63,381 bases of DNA, filler included, from Octopus bimaculoides (GCF_001194135.2; 3 parts of 3 records of this genome joined end to end with filler, not necessarily neighbours in it); one strand, 5' to 3'. Counted from the first letter of the whole stretch, positions 24,401 to 38,135 are shown. Translations and numbers: made by a program. The notes: generated from the letters alone by a model not told the origin.

Positions 24401-26524
24401 CCATTTTAAATCTTCACCATAATCTTTATTGGTTATTTCTGTTAGTATTTTAAGAGAATAGCTTTCCGTGCTTAGTCTTCAGTGAATTAAAATTCTGCTT
24501 ACGTTTGCGTAAACACACACACACAGATATATATATATATATATATATATGTGAATATTTATATATATATTTATATACATATACATACACACACATAGAC
24601 ACTCATACATACTTTGATATATATGTGTGAGTGCTTGTACTTGTGTTTGAATGCGCCCTTGTGTGTTTGCTTCTACCTGAATTTACATATATGTATAATC
24701 AACCTCTCGGCATGTGAATTGACACGTGCACTTATGCTCTCGTCTATGTCAGTGAGAGCGCGTCTCTGAGTGTGTGTCTTAGCGTGAGTTCGTATGCTGG
24801 TGTGTATTACATACATACATGCATACATAAATAAATAAATATATATATATATATANNNNNNNNNNNNNNNNNNNNNNNNNNNNNNNNNNNNNNNNNNNNN
24901 NNNNNNNNNNNNNNNNNNNNNNNNNNNNNNNNNNNNNNNNNNNNNNNNNNNNNNNNNNNNNNNNNNNNNNNNNNNNNNNNNNNNNNNNNNNNNNNNNNNN
25001 NNNNNNNNNNNNNNNNNNNNNNNNNNNNNNNNNNNNNNNNNNNNNNNNNNNNNNNNNNNNNNNNNNNNNNNNNNNNNNNNNNNNNNNNNNNNNNNNNNNN
25101 NNNNNNNNNNNNNNNNNNNNNNNNNNNNNNNNNNNNNNNNNNNNNNNNNNNNNNNNNNNNNNNNNNNNNNNNNNNNNNNNNNNNNNNNNNNNNNNNNNNN
25201 NNNNNNNNNNNNNNNNNNNNNNNNNNNNNNNNNNNNNNNNNNNNNNNNNNNNNNNNNNNNNNNNNNNNNNNNNNNNNNNNNNNNNNNNNNNNNNNNNNNN
25301 NNNNNNNNNNNNNNNNNNNNNNNNNNNNNNNNNNNNNNNNNNNNNNNNNNNNNNNNNNNNNNNNNNNNNNNNNNNNNNNNNNNNNNNNNNNNNNNNNNNN
25401 NNNNNNNNNNNNNNNNNNNNNNNNNNNNNNNNNNNNNNNNNNNNNNNNNNNNNNNNNNNNNNNNNNNNNNNNNNNNNNNNNNNNNNNNNNNNNNNNNNNN
25501 NNNNNNNNNNNNNNNNNNNNNNNNNNNNNNNNAAAAAAATATGTACTGGGGTTTATTCATTCGACTGAGGTTTATCCATGCATCAGCATGGCCCCTGTCT
25601 AATGTGTGAAAAAATAACCGATATCAGTGAGGACCACATTTGACAAGTATGTGGTAATAGTGGATACCTGTTGCTGATTAAGCGCAAACACGCAGAAATC
25701 CCACCACCACCGCGCTGGACATTTTTTGCTTGCTACTGATATTTCTGTGTCTTTTAGTACTATGCATCTACACGAGATGCTTTCTCAAGACGAACACTGC
25801 AGAATTATGGCTTTCTTAAAGCATATCTACGTTCAGTAGGATATAAATATATGTGGTGTATGCGTGTGTGTATGTGTGTTTGCCTGCGTCTTTGTGCATG
25901 CGTGCATGCATGTGTGTGTATGTGATGAAAACATTGCTCAAGAGGAGATGTAGGAACTATCAAACTACCAATAGCTTGAAATTGATATATGCAAGATGTG
26001 GGGCATGAAAGTGAAATGGTGTCACTAGTAATAGGAGCGTTAGTATGATTTTAAAATATACATGGAAAGAAACATCGATTCCATACCAGGGCTAAGAACA
26101 CTAAATACTAACCAGAAACAGCCTACATCTTGCACAAGACATTCTTTTCAATAAAATAGCGAAGGACTCAACAGAATAACTCAAATACAGCAATCTTCTC
26201 GCACTGCACTCACCCAATACATTACGCATCTAATAATCTAAAAAAGAACATTACTTACGCAACATGTACCACACAAGATTATAGCGCAATAAAATAACAG
26301 AACTCACATTACACACACCATAGAGAACAGGATATAAACTAATATAACAAGAAACAAGAAACTCAACCTCATAACAAAACAAACTAGAGTAATACACCAA
26401 CAGGAGGGGCCAATACTCCTCCAATCCCCCACGAGAAAGAGAACGCAACGCTGCACACATCTCAAGAACGGGGAGGTGCATCAAGCGGCACTGCAGAACC
26501 TCGGATCAAACACCCAAAGAAAAT

Positions 26525-26528
26525 AATG

Positions 26529-26586
<58 letters not shown>

Positions 26587-26640
26587 CAACAACAATAACT
26601 GCAACAACCACAGCAACATTAATGATAGTAATAATAATAA
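26525..26640. repeat. (AAT)n/(AAC)n microsatellite
   Basis: Read directly. Confidence 0.95.
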
Positions 26641-27017
26641 GTTATGATAGAATTTAAGATATGAAAAGTGTAGAGAGGAAAGACATTAGGAAGTAATTAT
26701 ATACAGAGAGACATAGAAGATAAGAAATAATGACGAAATGTGTAGATAACTGTAATAGTTAGATATAGCAGACGTTGGATAAATGAAAATTAGAAATCTA
26801 ATATGGAGGAATATTTTAGAGAATTAAGAAGATTAATATTAGTTTTAAATGTAAAGCAAATGGTAAAAATAAGACTGTAAGAAGGAATATTTTAGAAATT
26901 CATCTTTCTCTCTCATTTTCTATCTTTCTATTCATCTATCTATTTATCTATGAGTAAGTAACCTTCTCTCTTGTCTCTTTTACTGTCGTGTATGAAACAC
27001 AAATTTCGACTTCAACT

Positions 27018-27177
27018 ATGCTTAAATTAGGTTGTGTAAATGTACGTGGCTTGGCGTCAGCTTGGAAGCAAGGTTACCTTCTAAATGACATCAAGTCACA
27101 GAACATAGAAATCATGGCTATCAGTGAAACCAGACTCAGTAACCCGCGGGCCCTCAAGTCCATGTTTGGTGGACATT
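27018..27177 (+). mobile_element. Start of an L1/Tx1-type LINE ORF2 (APE endonuclease), truncated by a gap
   Basis: MLKLGCVNVRGL...LLNDIKSQNIEIMAISETRL matches the N(V/I)RGL and (Q/S)ET motifs of the non-LTR APE domain; no stops before the gap. Confidence 0.8.
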
Positions 27178-27277
27178 NNNNNNNNNNNNNNNNNNNNNNN
27201 NNNNNNNNNNNNNNNNNNNNNTTAATTAATTAANNNNNNNNNNNNNNNNNNNNNNNNNNNNNNNNNNNNNNNNNNNN
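27178..27277. other. Assembly join: 44 N + TTAATTAATTAA + 44 N
   Basis: Exactly 100 bp, with the same structure at 58696-58795. The 12-mer gives stop codons in all six frames. Confidence 0.95.
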
Positions 27278-27771
27278 GGGAGAGAGAGAGAGAGGGGGAG
27301 AGAGAGAGAGGGAGAGAGAGAGATACACAGAGAGAGAGATACACAGAGAGAGACAGAAACACACACATAGTGTGTGTGGTAATATTTGGGTTAAAACTAA
27401 TGGTGTATAAATATGTTTGAGAGCTTTTATAAATTTGTATAAAGTGACAATTTAACTAACATACTCGTATGCGATGTTACAATCTTTTGTTTTTTAATCT
27501 CCTAAACTAGATATGCATGTGAGAAAATACGGTGGATGGTTGCGTTTGTAAAGGCATACTCAAACTTATTTTTATAATTATTATATTATGTTTAATTATT
27601 TTATTTATATATTTTCTAATTATTTCTTAATTGTAAGTATAAACATATATATTTATAAACTATAAGTACACATTGATAGATATCGACTTATATTTTCAAA
27701 CTTAGAGGTTATTTTTTCTGTCACTTTTTTAAAATCTTTGCATCAACTTGTTGAATGGCTGTGCATTCTCA

Positions 27772-27848
<77 letters not shown>

Positions 27849-28113
27849 CACACACACGTATATATACACACTCTTATGCACACTCATATAAACATGAACA
27901 TTTTTTAAATAAAAAATGTTTAAAATTATAAAAATTGAATTGATAAACATTCATACAGTCCTGATAATATGATAAGAATAGAAAGACTGTAAGTTGTGAT
28001 GAAGTGGTAGTTGTACAGGCCTGTTAAAGTAAGGTATAAAAAGCTTAGCTTGTTTACTACATCACATTTTCTGGCCTCCTTTTCCTTTCAGTCTCTCTCT
28101 CTCTCCCTCAGTC

Positions 28114-28153
<40 letters not shown>

Positions 28154-28201
28154 ACACACGCCTCAATACGTATCTCTCTTAGACAACTATAAATATATAT
28201 A

Positions 28202-28237
<36 letters not shown>

Positions 28238-28473
28238 TGTATGTATGTATGTATGTATGTATGTATGTATATGTTGCATGTCTCATTTCTCTGTTTGTTT
28301 TTTTCGCTGTTCGAAAAAAAGTTCGTTTTCTGTCTTCGTCTTTATATTTTCGTTTCTCATTTTGTCCACGTTTTTTTGTGATGTCCTGTACCCATATATG
28401 CATGTATGTATATATATAGATGTAGGTATGTACATATATGTATGGATATATGTATATATTTATATATCATTTT

Positions 28474-28549
<76 letters not shown>

Positions 28550-28552
<3 letters not shown>

Positions 28553-28800
28553 GTGTCAATCAGGTGGATGTTGCTATACACCGCTGATCACAATGCACTT
28601 CGCATTGTTTTGGCTTTTGAATGATGTCACCCCTCTGGCTAGGCGGCTGGGCCTACATTCCCCTTGAGCAGAATGTCAGTCCAGGGTTATGTTCACGGGA
28701 TTACCCGTCGCAGGTTTTCCATTTACAGCTGAGTGGACTGGAGCAACACGAAATGAAGTGTTTTGCTCAATAACATAACTCACAACCGGTCTGTAAATCT
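28550..28800 (-). mobile_element. SINE family C-related copy with a different tail
   Basis: cagctgagtggactggagcaacacgaaatgaagtgttttgctcaa is shared with 21932-22262. Confidence 0.7.
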
Positions 28801-29439
28801 AGACCATACACACATAAATGCACACACGCAATATATACAGACACAGAGAGAAAACAACAGTATATATCAGAAATCTTTGATTAGTAAAATTTCTCATTTG
28901 AAAGTTATAGCTTTGATAAGTTTGTACAGAATTTCAAATACCATGGAAGATGGAAATGAATTATTTTTTGTTTCACATCTAAATTTATTTATACTTCTAA
29001 AACATTCAAATATTAACTTCTGGATTGGGTCTTAATTTTAAGTTTGGAAAAATAATATCACAAGCATTATGAAAATATACTGCCTTATTCATAGTGTATA
29101 ATACTAGAATTTTTTTTAGAAATATACACAAATTTAAATGCGAAACAATCAAGCTAAATGATTTTATGTCTTGTATGGTATTTGAAACTGCGTACTAAAT
29201 TTTAAAAGAAATAGTTGTCTTTTTTTTAAACAGGATATTGTAATAACAATAACGTTCCGATATTTACTGTCTGTATATTTTATGTAAATAGAATTGAGTC
29301 CTAGTATTGTAGCAGATATGTTTTATATCAATATACACGCATGCAAATGTGAATCAATAAAAGAATAATTATTTTCTATCTTCCATGTTATTGAAAACTG
29401 TCTGTTAACTTTTCGAAGCTATAATATTTAAATGAATAA

Positions 29440-31075
29440 TTTTAACAACGCACAATAACTATGGCCTCATTCGAAGACCTCAAAACAGCTACCTGGTATG
29501 TCTGTGAAATATACTGCGAAGCTTGCCAGAGAAGATGCCTCTTAAAAGATGACGTAGATCAGAACAGTACTTTGAAAATAGCTTTCTCCTAGCAGTTTCC
29601 AAGTAGGATGAAAAATCTCCTTGTTATAATTGTTTGTAGTTCTCCATTCAATCCTCAGCACTTTGGAATGATCACCAAACAGTATGACAGAAGATATACT
29701 GTATCAAGAACAAGAGCAAAAAAGAAACACCAAAAATCAAATAAAAAGACTATACCCATAATTTGCCTCTGACATGTACAATCAAGTCCTAATCTTCATT
29801 GGAAATACTTTATAATTCATTGCTGGTAAGGTTCTTGGCCAGTGTAAACTATCAGTCCTAATACTAATTTTAGCTGCAAGTTTTTATTGAAAGAATCAGG
29901 AAACAAAGACATTCAACAACAGAAACAGTTTGTCCGGCGAAATGAATTGCTTTAGTTTCTAGAAGAAAAATTGCTTGTAAGAAACAATTGGTAGTACCTG
30001 AATTGAGAAGAAAAGTTTTCCTTGATGCTTCGAGTAAAACAGGCATAACTTTTTTGATCAAACTAATTTTGATAAAGATTTCTTTTATCCATGCAGATTA
30101 CTGTTGAGGTGGCTTCATCTGGGATTGCTGCAATTTATCTCTCTTCCAACATGAAGTTTTTCAATTAAGAGATGTCGCAGTAAACTAGTTCACATTATTT
30201 CAGTAATGAAAATGGTCAGCTATCAATGAACATTAAAAGTAGAGATGTCAAATACTAAATTAGTGTAGAACAATCAACACATCTCAAGATATGTCATTAA
30301 AAGTTTGCCTTAACTAGGCTCCTAAAATTGACATTGAAGAGATATTAATGCTGTCATCATCTAATGAGTGCCAGTCATATCCAGATGGTATAGGTCTGCA
30401 ACGGAGTTCTTCAACTATCTTCCGACCACTGATTTCTCTTCTAACAATATACAACTGAAAGTAGAAACAAACGTTAACACATCCCTGAACGAGACGCCTC
30501 CGTCCCGCCACAGGGTTAACTTTCCAGTTATTGCAAGAACTCATTTACAGTTGGGTTGACTAGAGCAACATGAAATGAAATGTTTTGCTCAAGAACACTC
30601 CAATCCGTCCGAACTGGGAATCAAAACCGCGATCTTATATGATTATAAGTGCAAAACATAAAGAAAATCTAGCTGCTGAAATTCTTATGCACCATGTAAT
30701 ATAAGTCATTATAATTAGTTGTCAAGGGAGAATGTGTTCCAGTCCAGCTATACCCATCGTCCCATCAGACTTTACTGCAAGTACCTTTAGTTCTAGTGAT
30801 ATCTTTTTCAACTACCACCATCAAATCTCAATGACAATTCTTCAGAGTTGCTGGAACCGAGTTAACAATTCCCCTTTAGCTTCATAATTAAAACTGGTTG
30901 TGTCCAGAAATAATATTTTTCATCCCATCTTCCTACCAGATATATCATTTCTGTTCATGATTCCAGAGAACCTATAATCATTAGCGAGTCTCAGGGTTTT
31001 CTTAGATTGAACTAACAAAAGTTTCTCTCATGGTCATCTCTATGTTATATACTCACGTCTTGGGTCAAGCAAACA
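29440..31075 (+). mobile_element. Decayed Helitron Rep/PIF1-helicase coding region, interrupted by a family C SINE remnant at about 30370-30650
   Basis: SFEDLKT...CEACQRRCLLKDD (from 29461), DMYNQVLIFI, Walker A region FLDASSKTGITFLIKLIL, VASSGIAA, TIKSQ and FSHGHLYVIYSRLGS occur in the canonical Helitron order; many stops. Confidence 0.85.
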
Positions 31076-31925
31076 TTTTTCTTGTTAAAACACAAAACTT
31101 CAGAACAAGAAGTGTTGCCTTCACTACAACTCTTTCCGAATAAAACACATTACTGTTAGAATTGCTTCTGTTTTATGTGTAGCACATCAATTTAGAATTA
31201 CAAGAAATTTATAACGTAAAACATAAAAATAAATCACTAAATTAAATTAATCAAAAAAAAAAACACAGTTTCAAAAGCATTATGCATCACAGAAGCCAGC
31301 AAAAATAAATTAACATTAGAAATTTATCTGCTTTTCCATAAAAAATACTATCATGTTTGCTTGGCTTCGTAAATGAAGATTCATGAAGGATCGTTTCGTA
31401 TCGACTGCAAGGTCAATCCATTATAGGCAGTCTCAGTTACAACAGTTGCAAGGAAACTGCTATTCAGGGTTCGGTGCTGCTTTGTTACGGTTCTTCATCA
31501 TTCAAATTAGTTATCAAAGTTACCTCTGAATGCATTCACGAAAAAAGAGACTGACTTGGAAAATGAAGGTTATCAAGCCTCGCGATTGGAAACAATAGTA
31601 GACTACTGGCCACAGTAAAAATGAATTACATAAACGTCTGCTATAAGTTGAGTACTTTGCTCAACAACGAAACAAAGAAGTTTTTCTACTACATATTTAC
31701 CACCCGAACAACATCGGAGAGATCTACTTGCATTACGCATACACAGAAATACATGCACGTACACACACACGCGCGCACATATATATACGTCCTTTCCCGA
31801 GCGTCTAGTAACACAATCTGTATCACGTCCTCACGTTGTTGTTTTTTGTTGTTGTTTTTTTGTCTTTTTCCTTTTTTGAACCTATGTATATATATGCGTA
31901 TATATATATTTATAGATATATTATA

Positions 31926-32270
31926 TTGAATGCGGAGTTGGCTTCAGGCACCAGACCACGTAGAGATCTCAAATTTTGTTTCCGAGACCAGATCAAAGCC
32001 ATTCTTCGTTGTTCCATTGACTCAAATACCTGGGGAACAATCGCCAAAGTGTTGGCATGTCGTCATCGAGGATACAGACCTGATGGAAAATAAAAGACTC
32101 CAAGATGCAGAGATTAGACGTCGAAGAAGCGAAGAGCGACTCGTGCTTCCTCTTCCCCAGCCAACACTACTCTACGATAAATGCCCCCGGCTCTTCTATA
32201 CCGCCCTTAACCTGAACAACAATCTCAGGCACCGGCACCTTCCGTACCCAACAAGATAAAGGAGCTCACT
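31926..32270 (+). mobile_element. RTE-clade LINE 3' fragment
   Basis: ELASGTRPRRDLKFCFRDQIK...WGTIAK and ENKRLQDAEIRRRR...DKCPRLF match the RTE C-terminus. Confidence 0.8.
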
Positions 32271-33819
32271 CACTCGCTATATGTGTGTTGAAACTGAAGC
32301 GATTACGTTGGGAAAAACCATTTAACACAAAATACTGTTAAAAGTCACTTTAAAATTTCAAGAGAATGTACATAATTCACACACACACAAAGAAAGTCCG
32401 GAAATATGAGATGAATATATCTGCTTCACCAGTTGATAGCCATTAGATTACGATCATTTCGCAGTCAACATCCTTATATCTTTTATATACTCCTAATGAA
32501 ATAATAATTACTAATTGGATTTACTGGACTTCAATTGCATAAGCTTATACCGCTCTATTACACCTTTCTGTATTAGTTTACTATGTGGTTTGTAGCCTGG
32601 TCCACTAAAGGAGCCTCTTTGTGGGTACCACCGGATTAGATAAATCCATACACTGAGCATTAATATATATATGTGTATAGGTTATATTCAAAATTAAAGT
32701 TTAGATAGGAAACTTTAAAATATAAGATCCAAACCTTGTTTTGGGTATGTCCCTAGTAGTACGTCCTGAGAGCGCGTTCACCACTTTTGGTCACCAGGTG
32801 TCATCCGCGGTACTGCACTTTCGTCGCAGGATTTATGCAGGATCTATAAAGCTTACAGCACACTCTGACTGCCCTATCAATAATTCAATATATGTATATT
32901 CGCGATGGGGCAGTTATCTCCCCTGTTAATGTATGAATATACGTATGACAGCCTTCACTATTTTACCTTCGTCTGGTCTAACGACCCTCCATATTTGTTT
33001 TCGTTCGGTTTTCTTGTATGTCTCCACTGTCCTGTTTTTGTTACCAACTTTGACCCTCCATAAATCACAAATTTTATTTTGGCTTTTATGGGAGCAGCTG
33101 CCTTCGAATACTCATATTGTCGTTCAATGCTCGAAATGAGGAGTAGATGGGAGGCCGGCAACTGATGAAGGGTCGTTATGTTTCTTGTCCTGTTTTCCAT
33201 TTGTTTTTCTCGTTGTTTGCGTATTCAACTCATTTGTTTTCGTATTTCATGTTGTTTACGGTTTGTGACGTCCTGTGCCCNNNNNNNNNNNNNNNNNNNN
33301 NNNNNNNNNNNNNNNNNNNNNNNNNNNNNNAAAGCAACAAAAATGTATTAGGTCATAGCAGTACGTACGTTTCGTACAAGCTTCATTTATTTATGTAGTG
33401 AGAACACCACATAAGATGTGCAATGAAATTGTACTCCTCAGCTGCATAATGGAAGTTCATTTCAGAAAGCTGTTTTGTAAATTGTGTAAATACATGAGTA
33501 GGAGATGAAGAGAATAACATCTTGACTGGGCTGTTAATCAACAGTCTAGTGAACCAAACAGGAATTTAATTTCTATATATTCTATTTGTTCTTCTTTCTA
33601 GAAGGAGGGGTAAGATAGCAGTAATTTCAATTTAGAGGAAGGTAGGTTAGGTAGTAGTAAGGGAAGGCAAAAAGAGAGAAGAAGAAAGGAAAAGAAAAAA
33701 AAAACAAATATAAAAATAAAAATAGAACAAAACCTTAAGGGTATTGTTCTTCTATTTTTATTTTTATATTTGTTTTCTTTTCTTTTCCTTTCTTCTTCCC
33801 TCTTTTTTCCTCTTTCTTG

Positions 33820-34165
33820 ATTTACCCCTGACACTGTTGTGCAAATCTTTTTTGTTAAATTAAAGGGGATATCCCTTTTGAGGTTTCGGGTGACATAACC
33901 AAAACAGAAGATAATATTTCGAGTCCGTTGACTTATTATGAATGTCAATTTGGTTGTTGACTTTTTTTTATCATAATATCTAGGAAAGGGAGCCGTTCTT
34001 TGCTATATTCCATTGTAAATTGAATATTATATTATTTAGTATTGATTTAAATTCCAAAAGTCTCTCAATGGTCCCATCCAAATGATAAAGCAGTCATCCA
34101 GATATCTTTTCCAGTTTTCTCTTATATAATGGTAAAATGGATGTCTATATTTTTGCAGTGACACT
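33820..34165 (-). mobile_element. Penelope-like reverse-transcriptase fragment
   Basis: IQFTMEYSKERLPFLDIMIKK, STDSKYYL...CHPK and IPFNLTKKICTTVS match the Penelope RT/thumb region. Confidence 0.85.
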
Positions 34166-34167
34166 TC

Positions 34168-34239
<72 letters not shown>

Positions 34240-35069
34240 TTGTGCGTAAAATTCTTATAAAAGCCTGAAATAAGTACAATAAATAATTGATACCTTTTGG
34301 GTATCCATTTTCAAAATATTAGCATACTATTTGTGTTTTTGTATGTTTCTGTTTGATATTCACTTATGTACATATGCAGTAGAACTGATATGTGTGCTGT
34401 GTCCAATGTTTGTAACCGCTCAATAGTGACATCAATTGCATTGCACGGGTGACCATCCCTTAAATGATGCAGTAAACTAGCCGAAATTTTTACTGCATGG
34501 TAGGTACAAGTTCTTTCTCTCATTATCATCATCATCAGCAGCAGCAGCTCTATGCCATCATGCCGTCTTGTCGAACATCATTTCCCCGGCCTAGAGTGTT
34601 GTTAGCGGAGTTCATTTTTCTTCAAGTGTTCAGACAGAATTCCTGATCCTCTCTTTCCCCATATTCTTTTTCTGCAGATATTGATTTGGAAATGTTCCAT
34701 TTCGGCATTAGCCAAATCATTTTCAACATTTGAAAGGGGGTGTAATGTTTCGTAATGTTTCTTGGACTATGAATAAATAAGTACTTTAGCATGATTTGAA
34801 CTCTAGCTTTGATAAGCTACTCTCGCTTTTAGCTTCAAACCAGAGTCATCTACTCATCAAGACACACCTTGTCACTAAATCTGCATTCTACTTCTAATTA
34901 AAGGCTACATGCAACGATTGATATTGTGCAGCAAATCATTCAGCGTTAATTTCATCATGTACCGTTGCCTACAAACGGATGATAGATACCGGTGCATTAT
35001 AAGATATTTCAGACTTATAGATTTATGCTTCTACGTTTATTAGGATAATTAATATATCTAAGTAAAATC

Positions 35070-35240
35070 AGTAGGGTAGCTGGGGTGGGGTGGGGGAGCG
35101 AGAGGGTGGTTAGTCCCGGACGACGCTCTGATTGGGCAGCACTGTTGGGTCGGCTGCATAAGTCTGTATAGGTTTGGGGGCTCTGGATGGGGTTGTGGGC
35201 AAACTCAAAGGCTCTCATTGGCGGCACACACTCTAGCTAC
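35070..35240 (-). promoter_or_regulatory. Promoter-like GC-rich island with two CCAAT boxes and a G-quadruplex-forming tract
   Basis: CCAATCAG (35128-35135) and CCAATGAG (35214-35221) on the minus strand; five G-runs at 35074-35106; CpG-containing unique sequence in an AT-rich background. Confidence 0.35.
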
Positions 35241-35530
35241 TCTACTGAGTAGAAATAAATCTCCCTGACACACAAATGACTCCAAATAAAAGTAGAACTA
35301 GCATTCCTTTGAATCATACCTTGTAATGCAGTTTGAAAAACAAAAAGATGTGATCCTCGATATCCTTAAGAAGATAGACGGTCAAAGCTAGAATGACTTT
35401 AATCATATCTCTATTTCACGAAGGTTAATTTATTGTTAAACAACAGCTACAAGAACACACAGGTTACTGAAAAATAAAACAACGAACCAGAAATAAAGTA
35501 CAACAGTCCACAGATAAACTACTGCATGTT

Positions 35531-35581
<51 letters not shown>

Positions 35582-35661
35582 CACCCACAAGACAAAGTAG
35601 TATTAAAACAATGAATCTGTGATTGCACTAAAACATTCGATTGATTAACATACGTGCCTTA

Positions 35662-35883
35662 TCTCTTCGATCGCAAGGTCAGAAATCTAGTGGGAGGGGA
35701 AAAGTCGATTATATCAGCTTCAGTACTTCATTACATCGACTTCAGTACTTTGGTTTTTATCCTCCGACGGTTTAACGACTCTCAGAGTATGAAAAGCAAA
35801 GTTGATCTCGGTGAAATTTGAACGGGAAGAGTCAGACATAAGTGCCGCAAAACATTTTGTCTAACATGCTAAGAATTTGCCAA
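35662..35883 (-). mobile_element. SINE family A, old diverged copy
   Basis: aagtcgattatatc, aaagcaaagttgatctcggtgaaatttgaac. Confidence 0.7.
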
Positions 35884-35952
35884 TCTAAATACACAAATAC
35901 GTGTTCTTAAATAATTCAAGATATAAAGTTGTGAAAACTATCACATAATGTG

Positions 35953-35983
<31 letters not shown>

Positions 35984-36919
35984 GAGTGACACACCTTTGT
36001 TCATTTGAAATCGTAATTGCAGATTACTTTGAGTACGAAGAATTGACAATTCTCGTCACGTACGCGCACGCACACGCAAAATATTATCTTAGCTCAATAT
36101 TTAAAAATCATATCTTCCAAATGTCTAACACGGTTTCAAACCTCACGGAAGAAAATTTATCCTTTCATATTTAAATTCGTTTATACTTTCAAAAAATTTG
36201 TTATATTTTAAGAAATCGATCTAATAATATAAAAATTTCAAGAAAATTAATAGCCCGAATTGTTGAGCATAATACTCAAAATTTTAGGAGATAAATTTAA
36301 ATGTAAATCGATGAGATACCTAGAACAGTGTACTATGTTCATGAAGGTATTTTTTTTAACGAAGAATTGTAATAACCAGTTTTCGAAAATATATTTTCGA
36401 AATATTTTTGTGTATATTTTGGGTGAAATATTGTATCCCGATATTGTTAGAGATACTGGTAAAACATTTTAAATAGGAATGATTTGAAATCCATATATAC
36501 ACTTTTAACTGTAAATTTTTTTTCTGTCTTTTGTAGCTCTGGAGACCACGAATTAAATTTTCGAAATATGATATATAAATGAGGAATTTTAAATTCTCAA
36601 ACAGCTCCTTCACAATATTCATGTCCCAACTTCATTTCAGAATCTCACAGCAGTTTTCCATTATGTCTGTACGACATAACGAGAAGTATTTCACATTGTC
36701 TCTCGGGACGATGATGGAGTATAGAGCAAATTTGAAAGTGTTTGCAGACTTGTATATTTTTTAAGTAAGATGAACTTCTTCACTATCAGTTTCCGTGCCA
36801 GTGCACCTAATCTTCAGTGACTTTGGAATATCACCACGATAACATGACAGAAAATATACTGTATCAAGCACAAGACTAACAATAACACCCAGAGTTTCCT
36901 TCTACTATATACTATCAAT

Positions 36920-37237
36920 GTGGAGGCGCAATGGCCCAGTGGTTAGGGCAGCAGACTCGCGATCAGAGGATCGCGGTTTCGATTCCCAGACCGGGCGTTG
37001 TGTGTGTTTATTGAGCGAAAACACCAAAATCTTCACGAGGCTCCGGCAGAGGGTGGTGGCGACCCCTGTTGTACTCTTTCGCCTCAACTTTCTCTCACTC
37101 TTTCTTTATGTTTCTTGAGTAACGTTGCGATTGACTGGCGTCCCGTCCAGCTGGGGGGAACACATACACCATAGAAACCGGGAAACCGGGCCCATGAGCC
37201 TGGCTAGGTTTTAAAAGGGCGAAAAAAAAAAAGAGAA
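36920..37237 (+). mobile_element. SINE family D, full-length, with A-rich tail and 14-bp TSD
   Basis: A box tggcccagtggttagg, B box ggtttcgattccc, poly(A) tail; tatatactatcaat at 36906-36919 and 37238-37251. Confidence 0.92.
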
Positions 37238-37919
37238 TATATACTATCAATCAGTGAATCTACTTAAAATACTATATAATCCCTGGTTAGCAAATTTCAT
37301 GTACAACGTAGGCTGCCAGTTCCATTATGAACTTCAGTTGCAGGTTTTAGTCAAGTGATTCTTCAGATACCAAGCCACGACATTCGATGACCAAAATAAA
37401 TCATTCTTGGTTCCAAACAAAAAATAAACTTAAGGAAGGATCAAACGATTGATACCATTTGATTCGGGTGAAATTATTTTCTTTGATGCTTCTGTTGGAA
37501 CATGCAAAATTGTTTTGATTTGCTTAATTTTAACAAAGGCTTTGTTCACGCAAGTAAATGTCTATTGGAGTGGTCTTGCTGCAAGTTTGCTTACACGTAG
37601 TAAGACTGTTAAATTTGCTTTTTAGTAGCTACTCAACCTTATACAAATGACTCTCATTGTGTGCACAATGACAGCCATTTGTGCTATTTTGGCAAAGGAT
37701 TTGGACATAAGTTTTGAAGCTTACCAATCTGATAATATCAGATGAATCCTTAGCTTATAGTTACGTTGAGGCTCTCAATTGCAACTTGCCCTCTAGCAAT
37801 TTCAGGCTAACTCTGTAGTCAATTGAGTATTACTTATCAAGAACTATTGTACTCAAATGTGCACTCTGTGAGAGATTTGGTTGCAAATTCTATCGTTGAG
37901 TATATAGCATAAATATATT

Positions 37920-38135
37920 GGTTTCCAATTTTGGCACAAGACCAAAAATTTTAGAGGAAGAATAAATCGATTAAATCGACTCCAGTATATCACTGGTACT
38001 TATTTTATCGACTTGGAAAAGATGAAAAGTAAAGTCAACCTCGGTGGGATTTGAACTCGGAACGTAAAAACAGGCGAAATGCCACTAAACATTTTTTCCC
38101 CTGAGATCCTAACGATTCTGCCAGCACACCACCTT
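37920..38135 (-). mobile_element. SINE family A
   Basis: Reverse-complement match to family A head, core and tail. Confidence 0.85.

Noticed and set aside
25768-25860. Plus-strand exon-like segments (after strong acceptors near 25768, 34677 and 62106)
   Set aside because: They could not be linked into a consistent chain and the donors are weak. They show how common pseudo-exons are here.
26100-26520. A-rich segment possibly from a retroelement ORF1 or N-terminus
   Set aside because: No recognisable motif in any frame; left unannotated.
34467-34498. 10-bp perfect hairpin atgcagtaaa/tttactgcat
   Set aside because: Too short for a pre-miRNA and plausible by chance in 63 kb of AT-rich DNA.
36920-37000. 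tRNA-like A and B boxes here and in the other SINE heads
   Set aside because: They are followed by SINE body, tail and TSD; no complete cloverleaf, so they are not tRNA genes.
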